In this document: positions 11,267 to 24,583 of the stretch, one piece after another
Layout: each line of letters opens with the position of its first letter
Position numbering within the stretch: the first letter of the stretch is position 1
NCBI GenBank assembly: GCA_038087875.1
Contig: CM075992.1
Coordinates: 8,744,001-8,808,000 of the forward strand
From: Malacoraja senta
Taxonomy: Eukaryota
DNA: 64,000 nucleotides
Direction: 5' to 3'
Made by a program: the position numbers and the translations under genes
The notes under the pieces: model-generated
What the model was told of the DNA's origin: nothing
The model's input: the letters and a program-made list of their open reading frames with translations, nothing else
Databases searched by the model: none

Positions 11267-14200
11267 GCCTATTTCCTTCGCTCCATAGATGCTGCTACAC
11301 CCGCTGAGTTTCTCCAGCATTTTTGTCTACCTATACATATATATATGTTACTGTTCCATTACTGTTTTACTGTTCACACTTCTGGGTGAGATGCTAACTG
11401 CATTTCGTTGTCTCTGTACTTGTACACTGCACAATGACAATAAAGTTTGAATCTGAGAGGAGGGGGTGGAGAGTGGGGAAGGGGCGCAGGGCAGGCGGTG
11501 GGAGGTGAGGGGATGGGGAGTGAGAGGTGGAGGGCTAGGGGTCCTGGGGAGAGGAGCAGGGGATGGTGCTGAGGGTGATGGTTAGCGAGGGACATGGTGT
11601 GAGGTTTTGCTACCTGTGGATACACCACATTGGAAGAGGCTACAACGACAAAAACAGCCTGCATTGACATGGAGCCACAGGCCAGGGGTGGGCTGGGGTC
11701 CATCTGCAGATATGGCAGGTCATGCGGCCCCTTGTGCTGCTTTATGCCCTGGGATCACAGCCAGGGTTTGACTCGGCCCACTCCCCTTCACTGGTCCAAC
11801 CGTCTCTGAGGCAGTGGGAGCTACAGTGATGGAGTGGCTGCCCTGGGGATTGAACCCCTGGCTCCTTCCACGAGGTTGGGAGGTCTCCCTCCCAGCGCCT
11901 TGGCCAGCAGCTTGCCTTCCGTCAACTTCAAAGATCACGGAGACATTATCACCTACTATGCATAGGTTGCACTGTGTCTCCTGCATGTGGCAAAGATTTC
12001 ATGTCCATAAGTGATAGGAATAGAATTAGGCCATTCGGTCCATCACATCTACTCCGGCATTCAATCATGGCTGATCTATCTTTCCCTCTCAACCCCATTC
12101 TCCTGCCTTCTCCCGATAACCACTGACACCCGTACTAATTAAGAATCTATCTATCTCTGCTGTTTATCGGAATGGCTGATCATCGGAAACAACCTCTCCA
12201 CATCCACTCTATCCAAGCATTTTACCCTTATTAATGTTACTAAAACAATGCAAGAGGTGTCCAAAACCTTGGACAACATAACAAGAGAGTTTTAATGGGG
12301 AAGATGGGTGGGGGGGGGGGGGGCGGGTTGTTAAAAGAGAGAATTTTAGGAATATGAACTCGCTGTTTTGAAAATGAGCAATATTACAGACCTATGGAAT
12401 ATAATCAAGGCAGTGGAATACGTTTATAAGGCAGTACACATCCAGTGAAGTATCTGGCCTCTCTCACTGTTACAATATTTGATTTATAGAAGATCCTGTT
12501 TTATTAAGAGGAATATGGTAGGATTGTAGTGTGAAATGTTGAAATGCGTTGAATCTTGTAGATTAAACCTTCCATGTAAGTTCTACAATTTGTCCTATTA
12601 TTAAACTGATGCAATATGTACGGAGCCCCTAAGGCAGTTCGTCGTTGTCTACAACCTCGCTCTGGCAGCTCCTGCGACGGCGCTGGTGCCAAACTGTAAC
12701 GGCCCTGCTGTTCCTTTGGATCGATCAGCGACGTGGAGAGGGGGGACGTGCTGCATGGGCAACAGCCTGTCCACCATATGACATCGCCCAGGCTTGCATC
12801 CGACCAGGGTACATCACCCATGGTCAGTCATGACCGAGAGGGGGCCTACATTTAAAAATATATTTTATTTGTGGCCGCACAGTGGTGCAGCTAGTAGGAC
12901 TGGAGACTAGGGTTTGATTTTGACCTCAGGTGCTGTCTGGGTAGAGTTTGCACGTTCTCCATGTGACTGTGTGGGCTTCCTCCGTGTTTCGGTTCTGGGT
13001 GCTCCGGTTTCCTCCCACATCCCAAAGACGTATGGGTTTGTAAGTTAACTGGCCTCTAGTGTGTAGGGAGTGGATGAGAAAGTGTGCTAACATATGGGTG
13101 GTCGCCTGTCAGCATGGAATAAGTGGGCCTGTTCCCCGCTGAATCTCTAACCTGAAAAAACAAAGTCATTATGACTGCCGTGAATCTTTAATATTATTAC
13201 TTGAAAAATTCAACAACAAAAATATATAGGTGAATTTGCGTAGAGTTGCGTTGTCGTATACGACGGGTCATTTGTAACCCCGAGGATAGACACAAAATGC
13301 TGGAGTAACTTAGCGGGTCAGAGTTTCTGGAGAGAAGGAATAGGTGACGTTTCGGGTCGACACACTTCTACGGACAGTCAATTGAGTCTGAAGAAGGGTC
13401 TCGACCTGAAACGTCACCCATTCCTTCTCTCCAGCGATGCTGCCTCACCCGCTGAGTTACTCCAGTATTTTGTGTCTGCCTTCGATTTAAACCAGCATCT
13501 GCAGTTCTTTCTTACACATCTGCAGTTCCTTTCTGCACATTAACTCCACAGATGCTGGGTACTCTGTTTGCATTAGGTTTTTTTGATTTATACTTTTCCA
13601 ACTATGCTCTTTAGATTGTTCTATTAAGCTTTGAGTCAGCATGTTCTGATTCAAACACCAATTAAGACTTCAATTCCTAATGCAGGTTGACATTTAACTT
13701 CAGACGGAGATGCATTGGTGTCCTCCTGAGGATAGCAATGATCCGCCTGTTCCAAAGAAGCAGATGCCTATTAAACATTCTATCGCTGCTTAATGGCTTG
13801 GAGTACTGATTTCTGCAAGAGATTCCTTCAATGTTCAACACTGTTCTTTAATCGGATACAGTGATTATATTTTTGTCCAAAGGACTTCAAAAAGTGATTG
13901 TGCAGTATTTGGGACACAGGGTACACTTGAGGAGATTTTTTTTTTTTGCCTTTTCAGTAGAGGTAAAAAATATTTGGTTTGTTAGACCACTAAAGCTATT
14001 TTTAGGTACGTTTCTTTCAAAATCAAGTGAGTGATGGCATCGGTTGCAGCGTTGCAAGGCTGCAGCTCTACTGCTGTGCCACGGTTCGATCCTGACTACG
14101 GGTGCTGTCTGTACGGACTTTGTACGTTCTCCCCACGACCTGCTTGGGTTTTCCCCGATATTTTTGGTTTCCTCCCACACTCCAAAGACATACAGGTTTG

Positions 14201-14459
14201 TAGGTTAATTGGCTTGCTGTAAATATAATTTGTCCCTATAGCGTGTAGGATAGTGTTAGTGTGCAGGGATCGCTGGTCAGCGCGGACTCGAAGGGCCTGT
14301 TTCCGTGCTGTATCTCTAAACTAAAGTGATTGTGCAGTATTTGGGACATAGGGTTCTTTTGAGTAGAGATACATTTGTTCCTTTTCAGTCGAGATCAAAT
14401 ATTTGATTTATTAGACCACTGAATCTATTTTTAAGTACGTTTCTTTCAAAATCAAGCAA

Positions 14460-14895
14460 TTAAAATGTGGATTGTGGAAATGTCGGAGACCCTACATCTA
14501 GAAAGAATTAGACTTGTCTTAATGGACAAACAAGAACTTTTAGTTAAAATATGGGCTCCATTCATTAACTATTTGAAGGGATAGATTGGCCCAGCACGAA
14601 AAGCCAACTTAAGCTTGAACTCCGGATTAGATGAAAAATTATACTTCATAACCTACGAACTTATCTCCAATAAGTAATTCATTCCACCATCTCTTTTCTT
14701 TGATATTTGGTAATTCTTTTTTGTCTCTTTCTCTCTTTTTCTATCTATATAAAAAAAAACACTAGAAGCAGAATTAATCGACAATTGAAAATTTTAATAA
14801 TGTATGATTGATGTATATGAAAAGTTTTTTTTTTACTATAATATGTAACTATACTTTATAATATGTTTGCTTCTAATAAAAATATATATTTTTTT
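14460..14895 (+). mobile_element. L1-clade 3' fragment
   Basis: WIVEMSETLHLERIR...KIWAPFINYL* C-terminus, AATAAA, and TSD aaatcaagcaa (14449-14459 / 14896-14906). Confidence 0.75.
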
Positions 14896-15199
14896 AAATC
14901 AAGCAAGTAAACTAAGTTGGAGACGCAAGGAACTTAAGGTGCTAAAATCTAAAACCAGCAAATCGCACTTGCTGGAGGAACTCAGCCGGTCAGGCAACAT
15001 CTGTGGAGGGAATGGGCATGCAATGTTTCTGATCGGGATCCTTCTTCAGACCGATTGTGGTAGGGAGGAAAGCTGGAAAAGAGAGGTGGGGTCGGGACAA
15101 AATCTAGCAAGTGACAGGGAGAAATGGGTGTGCACCTTGTGGGGGGGGGGCGGGGGCACTGGGAAAGGAGTGGCGATAGTGGAATACATGTCCATGATC

Positions 15200-16040
15200 C
15201 TTCTTCTTCCTCTTCTTCTTAAGTCCTTTGCTCCTCTCGGGAGCATAGGCCATTGACAAATGTCCTCCACCTCACTCGGTTCTTGGCAGTTCTTTCGAGA
15301 CCTCCCCAGTTGAGCCCACTCAGAGGGAGTACACAGAAGGTTCACCAGACTGATTCCTGGGATGGCAGGACTTTCATATGAAGAAAGACTGGATAGACTC
15401 GGCTTGTACTCGCTAGAATTTAGAAGATTGAGGGGGGATCTTATAGAAACTTACAAAATTCTTAAGGGGTTGGACAGGCTAGATGCAGGAAGATTGTTCC
15501 CGATGTTGGGGAAGTCCAGAACAAGGGGGTCACAGTTTAAGGATAAGGGGGAAGTCTTTTAGGACCGAGATGAGAGAAAAAAAAAGTTCACACAGAGAGT
15601 GGTGAATCTGTGGAATGCTCTGCCACAGAAAGTAGTTGAGGCCAGTTCATTGGCTATATTTAAGAGGGAGTTAGATGTGGCCCTTGTGGATAAAGAATTC
15701 AGGGGGTATGGAGAGAAGGCAGGTACAGGATACTGAGTTAGATGATCAGCCATGATTATATTGAATGGCTCGAAGGGCAGAATGGCCTACTCCTGCACCT
15801 ATTTTCTATGTTTCTGTCTGGACACCTCCAGCTGTTCCTGGGCGTCCTCTTTTCCTTTTTCCTTGGGGATTCCATTTCAGTGTGATGTTTGTGGCAGGTT
15901 TCCTGAGGGTGTGTCCAATCCAACTCCATTTTCCACTTCGAATTTGTAAGTCAATGGGCTCCTGGCTTGTTCTTTTCCACAGGTCCACATTGCTTGCTTT
16001 GTCTCTCCACCAGATGTTAAGTATTCTCCTAACTGGCGAT
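15200..16040 (-). mobile_element. RTE-clade LINE 3' remnant, interrupted
   Basis: KWSWIGHTLRK...WNPQGKRKRGRP motif and an (AAG)n-like tail at about 15200. Confidence 0.7.
15322..15812 (+). mobile_element. CR1/HER1 3' fragment inserted into an RTE remnant
   Basis: Nearly identical to 44303-44790, encodes GLSYEERLDRLGLYSLEFRR. Confidence 0.85.
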
Positions 16041-16486
16041 CCGCCCCCAATTTAATCCAGGCAAAATTACAAGAGTCTCCCCAAAAATGTGGTGCCTTGG
16101 CCGAGTGAGGCGGCTGATCTCAACCTCATTGGGACTTCCGCAGCCAATCAGTGGGTTGAATTTACTGGAACCGAGTTTGCCGGAAAATCACTATTAGACC
16201 TGTATTACTTTAAATTGGAGAACTCTGTGTTCATACTGTTGAGTTGTACACTACCCAAGTAGAATACGAGGTGCAGTTCCTCTCCTTTTCCGTGTGGCCT
16301 CACTCGGGTAATGTACGAGGCCCAGGACACAAAGGTTGGTATGGGAAGGGGAATCAAAATGATTCGCATCCGAGATATCCAGCAAACCTTGTCAGACAGA
16401 TCGCATGTGTTCAGTGAAATGGTCGCCCAGTCTACACGTGGTCTTGCTGATGTAAAGAAGGCCACATCAGGGGCACACTAATTAAC

Positions 16487-17005
16487 ATAGAAATATAGAA
16501 AATAAGGTGCAGGAGGAGGCCATTCGAGCCAGCACCGCCATTCATTGTGATCATGGCTGATCGTCCCCAATCAATAACCCGTGCCAGCCTCCTCCCCATA
16601 TCCCTTGATTCCACTAGCCCCTAGAGCTCTATCTAACTCTCGCTTAAATCCATCCAGTGATTTAGCCTCCACTGCCCTCTGTGGCGGGGAATTCCACAAA
16701 TTCACAACTCTCTGGGTGAAAACGTTTTTTCTCACCTCAGTTTTAAATGGCCTCCCCTTTATTCTAAGACTTTGGCCCCTGGTCTGGACTCGCCCAACAT
16801 TGGGAACATTTTTCCTGCATCTAGCTTGTCCAGTCCTTTTATAATTTTATATGTTTCTATAAGATCACCCATCATCCTTCTAAACTCCAGTGAATACAAG
16901 CCTAGACTTTTCAATCTTTCCTCATATGACAGTCCACCTATCCCAGGGGTCAATCTTGTGAACCAACGCTGCACTGCCTCAATCACAAGGATGTCCTTCC
17001 TTAAA
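16487..17005 (-). mobile_element. CR1/HER1 3' fragment
   Basis: Encodes GLSYEERLKSLGLYSLEFRR. Further copies at about 19683-19997, 20330-20870, 26843-27308, 29093-29660, 33520-34175, 44863-45215 and 46295-46765. Confidence 0.85.
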
Positions 17006-18338
17006 TTGACAGTCTGAATTCTGTCTTTCATAAGTGCGGAACGATATCTTTTGGAAGTCCGTACTGTTTGTAAAGAAATACTGTAGCTGATTTAATGGCA
17101 AATTTACTTATATTTGGCTTTTTTGCGGGCTAGAAGCTTTTCAGAAGAAGTGCAACTCCGTCCAGTTGGGTCATGCACTTTTTAAATTTGCAGATTCATA
17201 AAGTGTTGATAATATATATATATATATATATATTCATTGTGCAGTAATATTCTGCTGCGAAACAGATGGAGGGTTGGAATAGTGTCCAAAGATTGACGTC
17301 TGCTTTGGTTATTCCGGCTGTGGAAAAACATTCAGCCTGTGTTTGATGCTGGAGACTTGGAATGGGTTCACAACCCACTGCCCTCATTCAGTCAAATGTG
17401 TTTGTTGGTCAGGTGTGAACCAGAACAATGACATTCTTACCTGCTGCAGCTTCATAGGCCGATTAGAACCAACAACAACCAAATAAATATGTAATGAATG
17501 ATCAGTTATTCTGCGTGAAGCACTCCACAATACTGCAAAATTCACAGTACATAGAGCTACCATCGCAGTGCAAAGTCTGTAATGGTTCAGTAGGGTTGAG
17601 TTCAGGTTGTACAAGGTGGTTCAAGAGCCTGATGGGTGATGAGACGAAGCTGTTCTTGAACCTGGAGATCAGTTTTAAGGCTCTTGTACCTTCTTCCCGA
17701 TCATAGCAGTGAGAAGAGAGGATACCGAAAGTGCTGTAGGTCTTTGATCCAATAGGTGCAGGAGTAGGCCATTCGGCCCTTCGAGCCAGCACCGCCGTTC
17801 AATGTGATCATGGCTGATCATCCCCAATCAGTACCCCATACTGATGATATTGACTGTCTTGAGGCAGCGCTTCCTGTAGATCCCTTCGATGGTGGGGAGG
17901 TTAGTACCTGGCCCATTCTTTGGGAAGTGAACCAAAATGTCGCACAGGTGACCAGTCATGTGTTACCTCTGACCCTAAACAAACATTGTCCGCATATAAC
18001 ATATACAGATTTCACTTGATAAACCGAAAAATACATGTAAATAATTTCTTCAGTACAAAACAATATACCTGTAATGCTTTCAGAATTAGAAGAGATGTAT
18101 TCCACAATTTTTCATCTGTTTGGCCACACACGTGACTAAGAATGGGCCACTTGCGATGAATGTGTAGATCCATTCGATGGTAGGGAGATCATGTCCACCA
18201 CTCTCTGCAGCCTCCTTAGTTTTTGAGTGATGTAATTTCCAAACCAGGGCACGATGGAACGTGTTAGAGAAAGTGTAAAGATATGTTTTCTTACCTTCCT
18301 TCCCTTTGCCGTAACAATGTACCTCTTTCCTACCTTAG

Positions 18339-18424
18339 ATCCAGACGTTTCATGTGTCATCCCCTTGTACCACCAAGCAACATCTGACCAGCGGAGTTGT
18401 AATATCCCAGGTTCTTAACCATAT
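18339..18424 (+). CDS. HOOK2: HOOK2 exon 2 (IQTFHVSSPCTTKQHLTSGVVISQVLNHI)
   Basis: ctttcctaccttag acceptor, gtaagt donor, 86 nt, phase 0/2. Homologous to human LQTFHVPSPC...VLNQI. Confidence 0.92.
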
Positions 18425-18530
18425 GTAAGTAGACTCGTGCTTTCAACACACAGTCGACTTTTGGGAGGGAGAGTTGCCAATGTGCAGTGTTCGTACACCA
18501 CGGATTAATTATGGCTCAATGCTTGACATA

Positions 18531-19530
18531 TAATAATAATAATAGATTTTATTTATATAGCGCTTTTCAGGACTCAAGTCGCTTTACATTGAGAGTCAGG
18601 AATAAACAAAACAAAATTGAGCAATAAGACAGAGATGCAAAGGGGAGGGGAACATGGGACTAAGGGTATGCAGAGGTGAAGAGATGGGTCTTGAGGCGGG
18701 ACTGGAAGATGGTGAGGGAGTCAGAATTTCGGACCAGTTGTGGGAGGGAATTCCAGAGCCTGGGAGCTGCCCTGGAGAAGGCTCTGCCTCCAAAAGTGCA
18801 GAGGTTTGATTTCGGAGTGGAGAGGAGACCAGCTGATGTGGATCTGAGGGACCGTGAGGGTTGGTAGGGGAGAGGAGGTCAATGAGATAAGGGGGGGGGG
18901 GCAAGTTGTTGAGGGCTTTGTAGGTGAGGACCAGGATTTTGTAGGTGATCCGGTGGGAAATGGGAAGCCAGTGAAGTTCTTTGAGAACTGGGGTGATGTG
19001 GTGCCAGGATTTGGTGTGGGTAATGAGTCGAGCGGCTGCATTCTGGACCAGTTGGAGTCGGTTGATGCTGCTGGAATTGATTCCAAAGAGAAGAGAGTTA
19101 CAGTAGTCCAGTCGAGAGGAGATGAAGGCATGGATGAGTCTTTCAGCAGCGGGGGGTGTGAGAGAGGGATCTGATTTTGGCAATGTTGCGGAGGTGAAAA
19201 ATGGATGTTTTGACAACATGGCGGATGTGAGGCTCAAGGGAGAGGGTTGAGTCAAAGATCACGCCAAGGTTGCGGGCCTGAGGAGATGGGGAGACAGTGG
19301 TGCCGTCAATAGTGAGAATGGGGTTGTTAATTTTAGTGAGTGTTGATTTGGAGCCAATGAGGATAAATTCTGTTTTGCTACTGTTTAATTTAAGGAAGTT
19401 GAGTTGCATCCAAGATTTGATGGCTGATAGGCAGGAGTTGATATGGGAGAGAGGGGGGTGGTGGGGGGACTTGGTGCTCAGATAGATCTGGGTGTCATCA
19501 GCATAGCAGTGGAAGTCCAGGTTGAAGTGA
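18531..19530 (-). mobile_element. L2-clade LINE 3' part
   Basis: HCYADDTQIY, FLKLNSSKTE, SRLDYCNSLL and LHWLPI motifs. 3' stem-loop tgtaaagcgacttgag...aagcgctata followed by an (ATT)n tail. Confidence 0.9.
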
Positions 19531-21436
19531 CATATAGTTACCAGACTACAATTGGAACAGAGAAACAGGAGGTAGTGGATACCTAAAATAAAAACAAAAA
19601 TGGTAAAAGGGCTCAACAGATCAGACAGCATCCATGGAGGGAGAACGACCAAAGATTCAGATCAATGATTCTCCATGAGATCTGAGTCCAGAACCAGGGG
19701 CCACAGTTTAAGAATAAGGAGTAAGCCATTTAGAACGGAGACGAGGGAAACACTTTTTCTCACAGAGAGTGGTGAGTCTGTGGAATTCTCTGCCTCAGAG
19801 GGCGGTGGAGGCAGGTTCTCTGGATGCTTTCAAGAGAGAGTTAGATAGGGCTCTTGAAGATAGTGGAGTCAGGGGATATGGGGAGAAGGCAGGAACGGGG
19901 TACTGATTGGGGATGATCAGCCATGATCACATTGAATGGCGGTGCTGGCTCAAAGGGCCGAATGGCCTACTCCTGCACCTATTGTCTATTGTCTATTGAT
20001 CAGGAGCGGCACGGTTGCGCAGCGGTGGAGTTGCTGCCTTACATCACCAGAGACCACGGGTGCCCTCTGCACGGTATATTTGTATGTTCTCCCTGTGATC
20101 ATGTGGGTTTTCTCCAGTTGTTCCGGTTACCTCTTACACTACAAAGACGTACAGGGTTTGTAGGTTATTTGGCTTCTGTAAATTGACCCTAATGTATAGG
20201 ATAGTGCTAGTGTATGGAATCATCGATGGTCAGGAACAGGTGAAGAGAGCAGAGGTAAAATGTGTGATGGAGATTAAACTCGTCAAAGTAAATATTACTT
20301 TGAAAGTAATCAGTTAGAGGCAGAGGTCATAAGGAATAGGAGTAGAATTAGACCATTCGGCCCATCAAGTCTACTCCACCATTCAATCATGGCTGATCTA
20401 TCTCTCCCTCCTGACCCCATTCTCCTGCCTTCTCCCCATAACCCCTGACACCTGTACTAATCAAGAATCTATCTATCTCTGCCTTAAAAAATATCTACTG
20501 ACCTGGCCACCACAGCCTTCTGTGGCAAAGAATTCCACAGATTCTCCACACTCTGGCTAAAGAAATGTCTTCTCATCTCCTTCCTAAAAGAACGTCCTTT
20601 AATTCTGAGGCTGTGACCTCTGGTCCTGGACTCTCCCACTAGTGGAAACATCCTCTCCACATCCACTCTATCTGGGCCTTTCACTATTCTGTATGTTTTA
20701 ATGAGGTCCCCCCTCTTTCTTCTAAATTCTAGCGCGTGCAGGCCCAGTGCCGTCAAATACTCAGCATAGGTTAACCCACTCATTCCTGGGATCATTCTTG
20801 TAGACCTCCTCTGGATCCTCTCCGGAGCCAGCACATCCTTCCTCGGATATGGGCCAAAAATTGCTCACAATAATTGGATGAAAGAAAAGAAGGAACAGTT
20901 TGAAACAGGAGGAAAACACAAAGAGCTGGAAGAACAGCGGGTCAGGCAGCATCTGTGGAGGGAATGGTCGGCGATGTTTCAGGTTGGAGCCTTGTTTCAG
21001 TCAAGCCAAGAGTCAAGAGAGTTTATTGTCATGTGTCCCAGATAGGACAATGAAATTCTTGCTTGCTGCAGCACAACAGAATATTGTAGGCATGAATACA
21101 GAACAGATCAGTGTGTCCATATACCATAGAATATATATATACACACTTAAATAAACAGATAAAGTGCAATAGGCTGTTATAGTTCGGAGTTTGATTGAAG
21201 TTGTGTTTAATAGTCTGATTGAAACAAAAGCATCCAGCCATTTGGAGGCGTACAACATGGAAAGAGGCCCTTCCGCCCAACCTGCTTCCGCTAACCAAAA
21301 TGGCCCATTTACACCAAGTGCCTGTCAGTAAAAGAAAATTTGTGGATTATTTTTGCCGATTGTTAGTGACCGTGATGAATGTTTTGCATTCTTCTATATT
21401 GTCCCAGTTAAGAGTGGTTCTGTATCTTTTTTGCAG

Positions 21437-21506
21437 TGATCCCGCCTGGTTTAATGAGGCCTGGTTAGGGCGTATCAAGGAAGATGTCAATGACTGGAGG
21501 TTGAAG
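21437..21506 (+). CDS. HOOK2: HOOK2 exon 3 (DPAWFNEAWLGRIKEDVNDWRLK)
   Basis: tttttgcag acceptor, gtgagt donor, phase 2/0. Hook-domain DPxWFNE motif. Confidence 0.93.
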
Positions 21507-21539
21507 GTGAGTGCGAAGATAAGAATGACAATATTTTGG

Positions 21540-21895
21540 GGCAGATGGGGCTCGTCAGCCTGGGAAGGCTGTCCACCTAGGAGAGGGGAAACTCTGATTT
21601 AAAACCTCCACTGCCTTGTGGCCATATCCAGTCATGGAAAAGGCTCCTGGAGTAAACCTCAAGAAAACCCAGAGTCGGAGCCCCTAAGGCAGTTTGTCGT
21701 TGTCTACAACCTCGCTCTGGCAGCTCCTGCGACGGCGCTGGTGCAAAACTGTAACGTCCCTGCTGTTCCTTCAGCGACGTGGAGAGGGGGGACGTGCTGC
21801 ATGGGCAACAGCCTGTCCTCCATATGACATCGCCCAGGCTTGCATCCGACCAGGAGGCATCACCCATGGTCAGTCATGACCGAGAGGGGCCTACT
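21540..21895 (+). mobile_element. Non-autonomous RTE-related element (partial second copy at 12620-12850)
   Basis: Two highly similar copies, with an RTE 5'-UTR-like motif ctaggagaggggaaactctgatttaaaacc. Confidence 0.55.
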
Positions 21896-22911
21896 ATTAT
21901 TCTTCCACAGAAAACCTAAATGAAGGAATATGTGTTTTACATTTTTATTTGCATGAATTGATTCGCTGGCCTTGTTCTCTGGAGATCCCACACCCCCCTC
22001 CACTGCCTACTTCATATTTACATATCCAGAGAAACTGTCACAGTTTGTTTTCATACATGAGGAGGGAACTGTCTAGTCTCACCAGCGGGGGAGGAAGGGA
22101 GTAAGGAGGGGAGGGCAGGGGGTGGTCGAATGGCGGGGGTGGGGGAGCTCGAAGAAATCGCTGCCGCCAAGGGCTACAACAGAATCTGCAACAACTGCCG
22201 TGTCAGCGGAACGTGCGGTGCGTGAACGAGGGATCACTGGTGCGGGAGTGGGATCGTAGGCCGGCTCTCTAAATGGCGGGGGGGGGGGGGGGGCGGTGGG
22301 TGCCAGGGATGGCACTCCATGGTGCTTTAGAGACACGACAGGAGGTGTCTTTAGCAAGCCAGCAGTGTATTGTCGTTTCATTATCACGTGACCTCTGTTG
22401 GTCCGGAAAATCAGATAATCCAGAAAGATTCCTGAATCGAGGATGCCAGAACATCGTTGTTCAGTCTATACAACACACACATCTTCTCTCCAAATCACTG
22501 TTCTCTCTTCTGATGAGCTTTTTAGTCTTTCGCTGCTGGATTCTAAAAACCTCCCAGCCCTGCGGCCTGCCACTGGTATATACTCTATTTTTCAATTTAA
22601 CATTATGCTTCCTCTCTCTTGCGGGCGGCACTGTGGCGCAGCGGGTGGAGTTGTGGCCTCGCAGTGTCAGAGACCCGGGTTCGATGCTGACCTCGGGTGC
22701 TGACTATACAGAGTTTGCACGTTCTCCCTGTGATTGTGTGGATGTCCGTCTATAATCGACAGACGGAAATCCGATCACTCAAAAACATCTGCAGTTCTTT
22801 TCTACACCTACTGACCTGTCTCTCTGTAACGGACACGACTGACTATCAAAACAGGAGCTGTTTAATTGTGCCTGCCTCCTGTGCAGCTTGTTTCTATTTG
22901 TTTCTCTCTCA

Positions 22912-23231
22912 AACCCCTGTCCCACGGTACGAGTTAATTCCAAGAATTCTCCCGAGTTTGCCCTGATTCGAACTCGGAGATTTACGGTAATGGCCACTCG
23001 TCGGTACTCAGGGCTCTCGTGGACATTTTTCAACATGTTGAAAAATCTTCACGAGTCTTCCCATGCTTACCTTCCGTTGGCGAGTCTTCCCGAGTACCTG
23101 CCGTTAGCGCTAAGAGACGTCCCCGAGCTCCGACGTACCCACTACGTTCATTCTCCGTGCTTACCACGAGCTTGATTTTTTTAAAACTCGGGAGAGCTCT
23201 TGGAATGAACTCGTACCGTGGGACAGGGCTA
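22912..23231. mobile_element. PIF/Harbinger-type MITE (inverted copy of 1727-2046)
   Basis: Same TIRs and internal sequence in reverse orientation. Confidence 0.8.
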
Positions 23232-23410
23232 TTAGGCTGAAGCTAAAGGTCGTATGCACGGTGCAGCTACGTGAAACAAATCAATTTGCCAGTAAATAAT
23301 CTGATCAATCTGATCTGCCCCCTTCTGCTCAAAGTTCATTCAACTGCTGAAGGTCAAAGTTCAGCAAGTACAAAAAGATTGATTCATGGTTTATAAATGT
23401 ACTGAGAGCT

Positions 23411-23909
23411 CAAATATGTTTGAAACATTACACCTAGAAGAGATAAGACTCCTAGCAGGTAAACCAGATCACTTCCACCTGACGTGGTCTGCATTTATAG
23501 AATTATTACAAACATAGGGTGCAAAAGTACTTAAAAAAAAAAAAAAATTGAGGTCAGGTAAGGGGGGATGATAGTTGAAGAGTTGGTATGTCCTATTTTT
23601 TTTTTTTTTTTCTTTTTCCTCTCTTTCTCTTTTTTTTCCTAGGGCCTATCTCTTAACTCTTTTTTTTTAGTTTTTAATTTCGCTCTTATAGGGTCTTCGT
23701 CCTTTTTTGTTGTTACATTTTCTACACTTTTCTACACTTTCACTTTTCCCTTCACTTTCTTCTTTCTTTCAATCTTTTCCTTTTCTAATGTAAAAAAAAT
23801 AAAATAAAGGGAGTACATTAATTGTAAGAAGATACAAATGACGAGTATTAATGTATGTGGTTGTAATGTAATGTACTTCTAATAAATAAAAATAAAAAAA
23901 TTTAAAAAA
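23411..23909 (+). mobile_element. L1-clade 3' fragment
   Basis: MFETLHLEEIRL...TWSAFIELL*, poly(A), and TSD aaatgtactgagagct (23395-23410 / 23910-23925). Confidence 0.75.
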
Positions 23910-24583
23910 AAATGTACTGAGAGCTAAATGAGAGATGGCCATGTTTTGTGTCGAACACAAAGTGCTGGAGTAACTCAGTGGTTCTGGGGGGCATGGGGAG
24001 GTGGATTGAGACTTTTCTTGAGGCAAAACTTTCTTTGGCCTCATGCTGCAGAACATCATTTTAGATTAGTAGTGGCTAATGTGACAATGTCCTGACACGC
24101 AGAACTTTTTACAGGAATCTGGTTTCCTTTTCTCATGGTTCAGTGGGCGGCACACAGTGACACAGCGCCTGACAGCGCCAGAACCCCAGGTTCGATCCTG
24201 ACCACGGGTGCTGTATGTACGGAGTTTGTACATTCTCCCTGTGACCACATCAGTTTTCTCCGGGTGCTGCGGCTTCCTTCCACACTCCAAACACGTACAA
24301 AGCTTGTAGGTTATTTGGCTTTGGTACAAAATTGTAAATTGTCATAGTGTGTAGGGTAGTGCTAGTGTACGGGGTGATCGCGGGTCGGCATGATCTCGTA
24401 GGGCTAAAGGGCCTGTATGTAAAAGCACAGTTTCCGCTCTGTATGTAAAAGCACCAGCTGATAATGAACAGCCTGTGTCTATCATAGTCTCAGCTAGTCA
24501 GCGGTGCTGGCTCGAAGGGCCGAATGGCCTCCTGCACCTATTTTCTATGTTAGTCCAGCTAATCTCGCCTGGAACTGCCATTA

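Noticed and set aside
10244..11320. 358-aa minus-strand ORF
   Set aside because: Starts in a Penelope tail and crosses microsatellite, Rex1 and GC-rich promoter sequence. It is a low-complexity shadow ORF antisense to HOOK2 exon 1.
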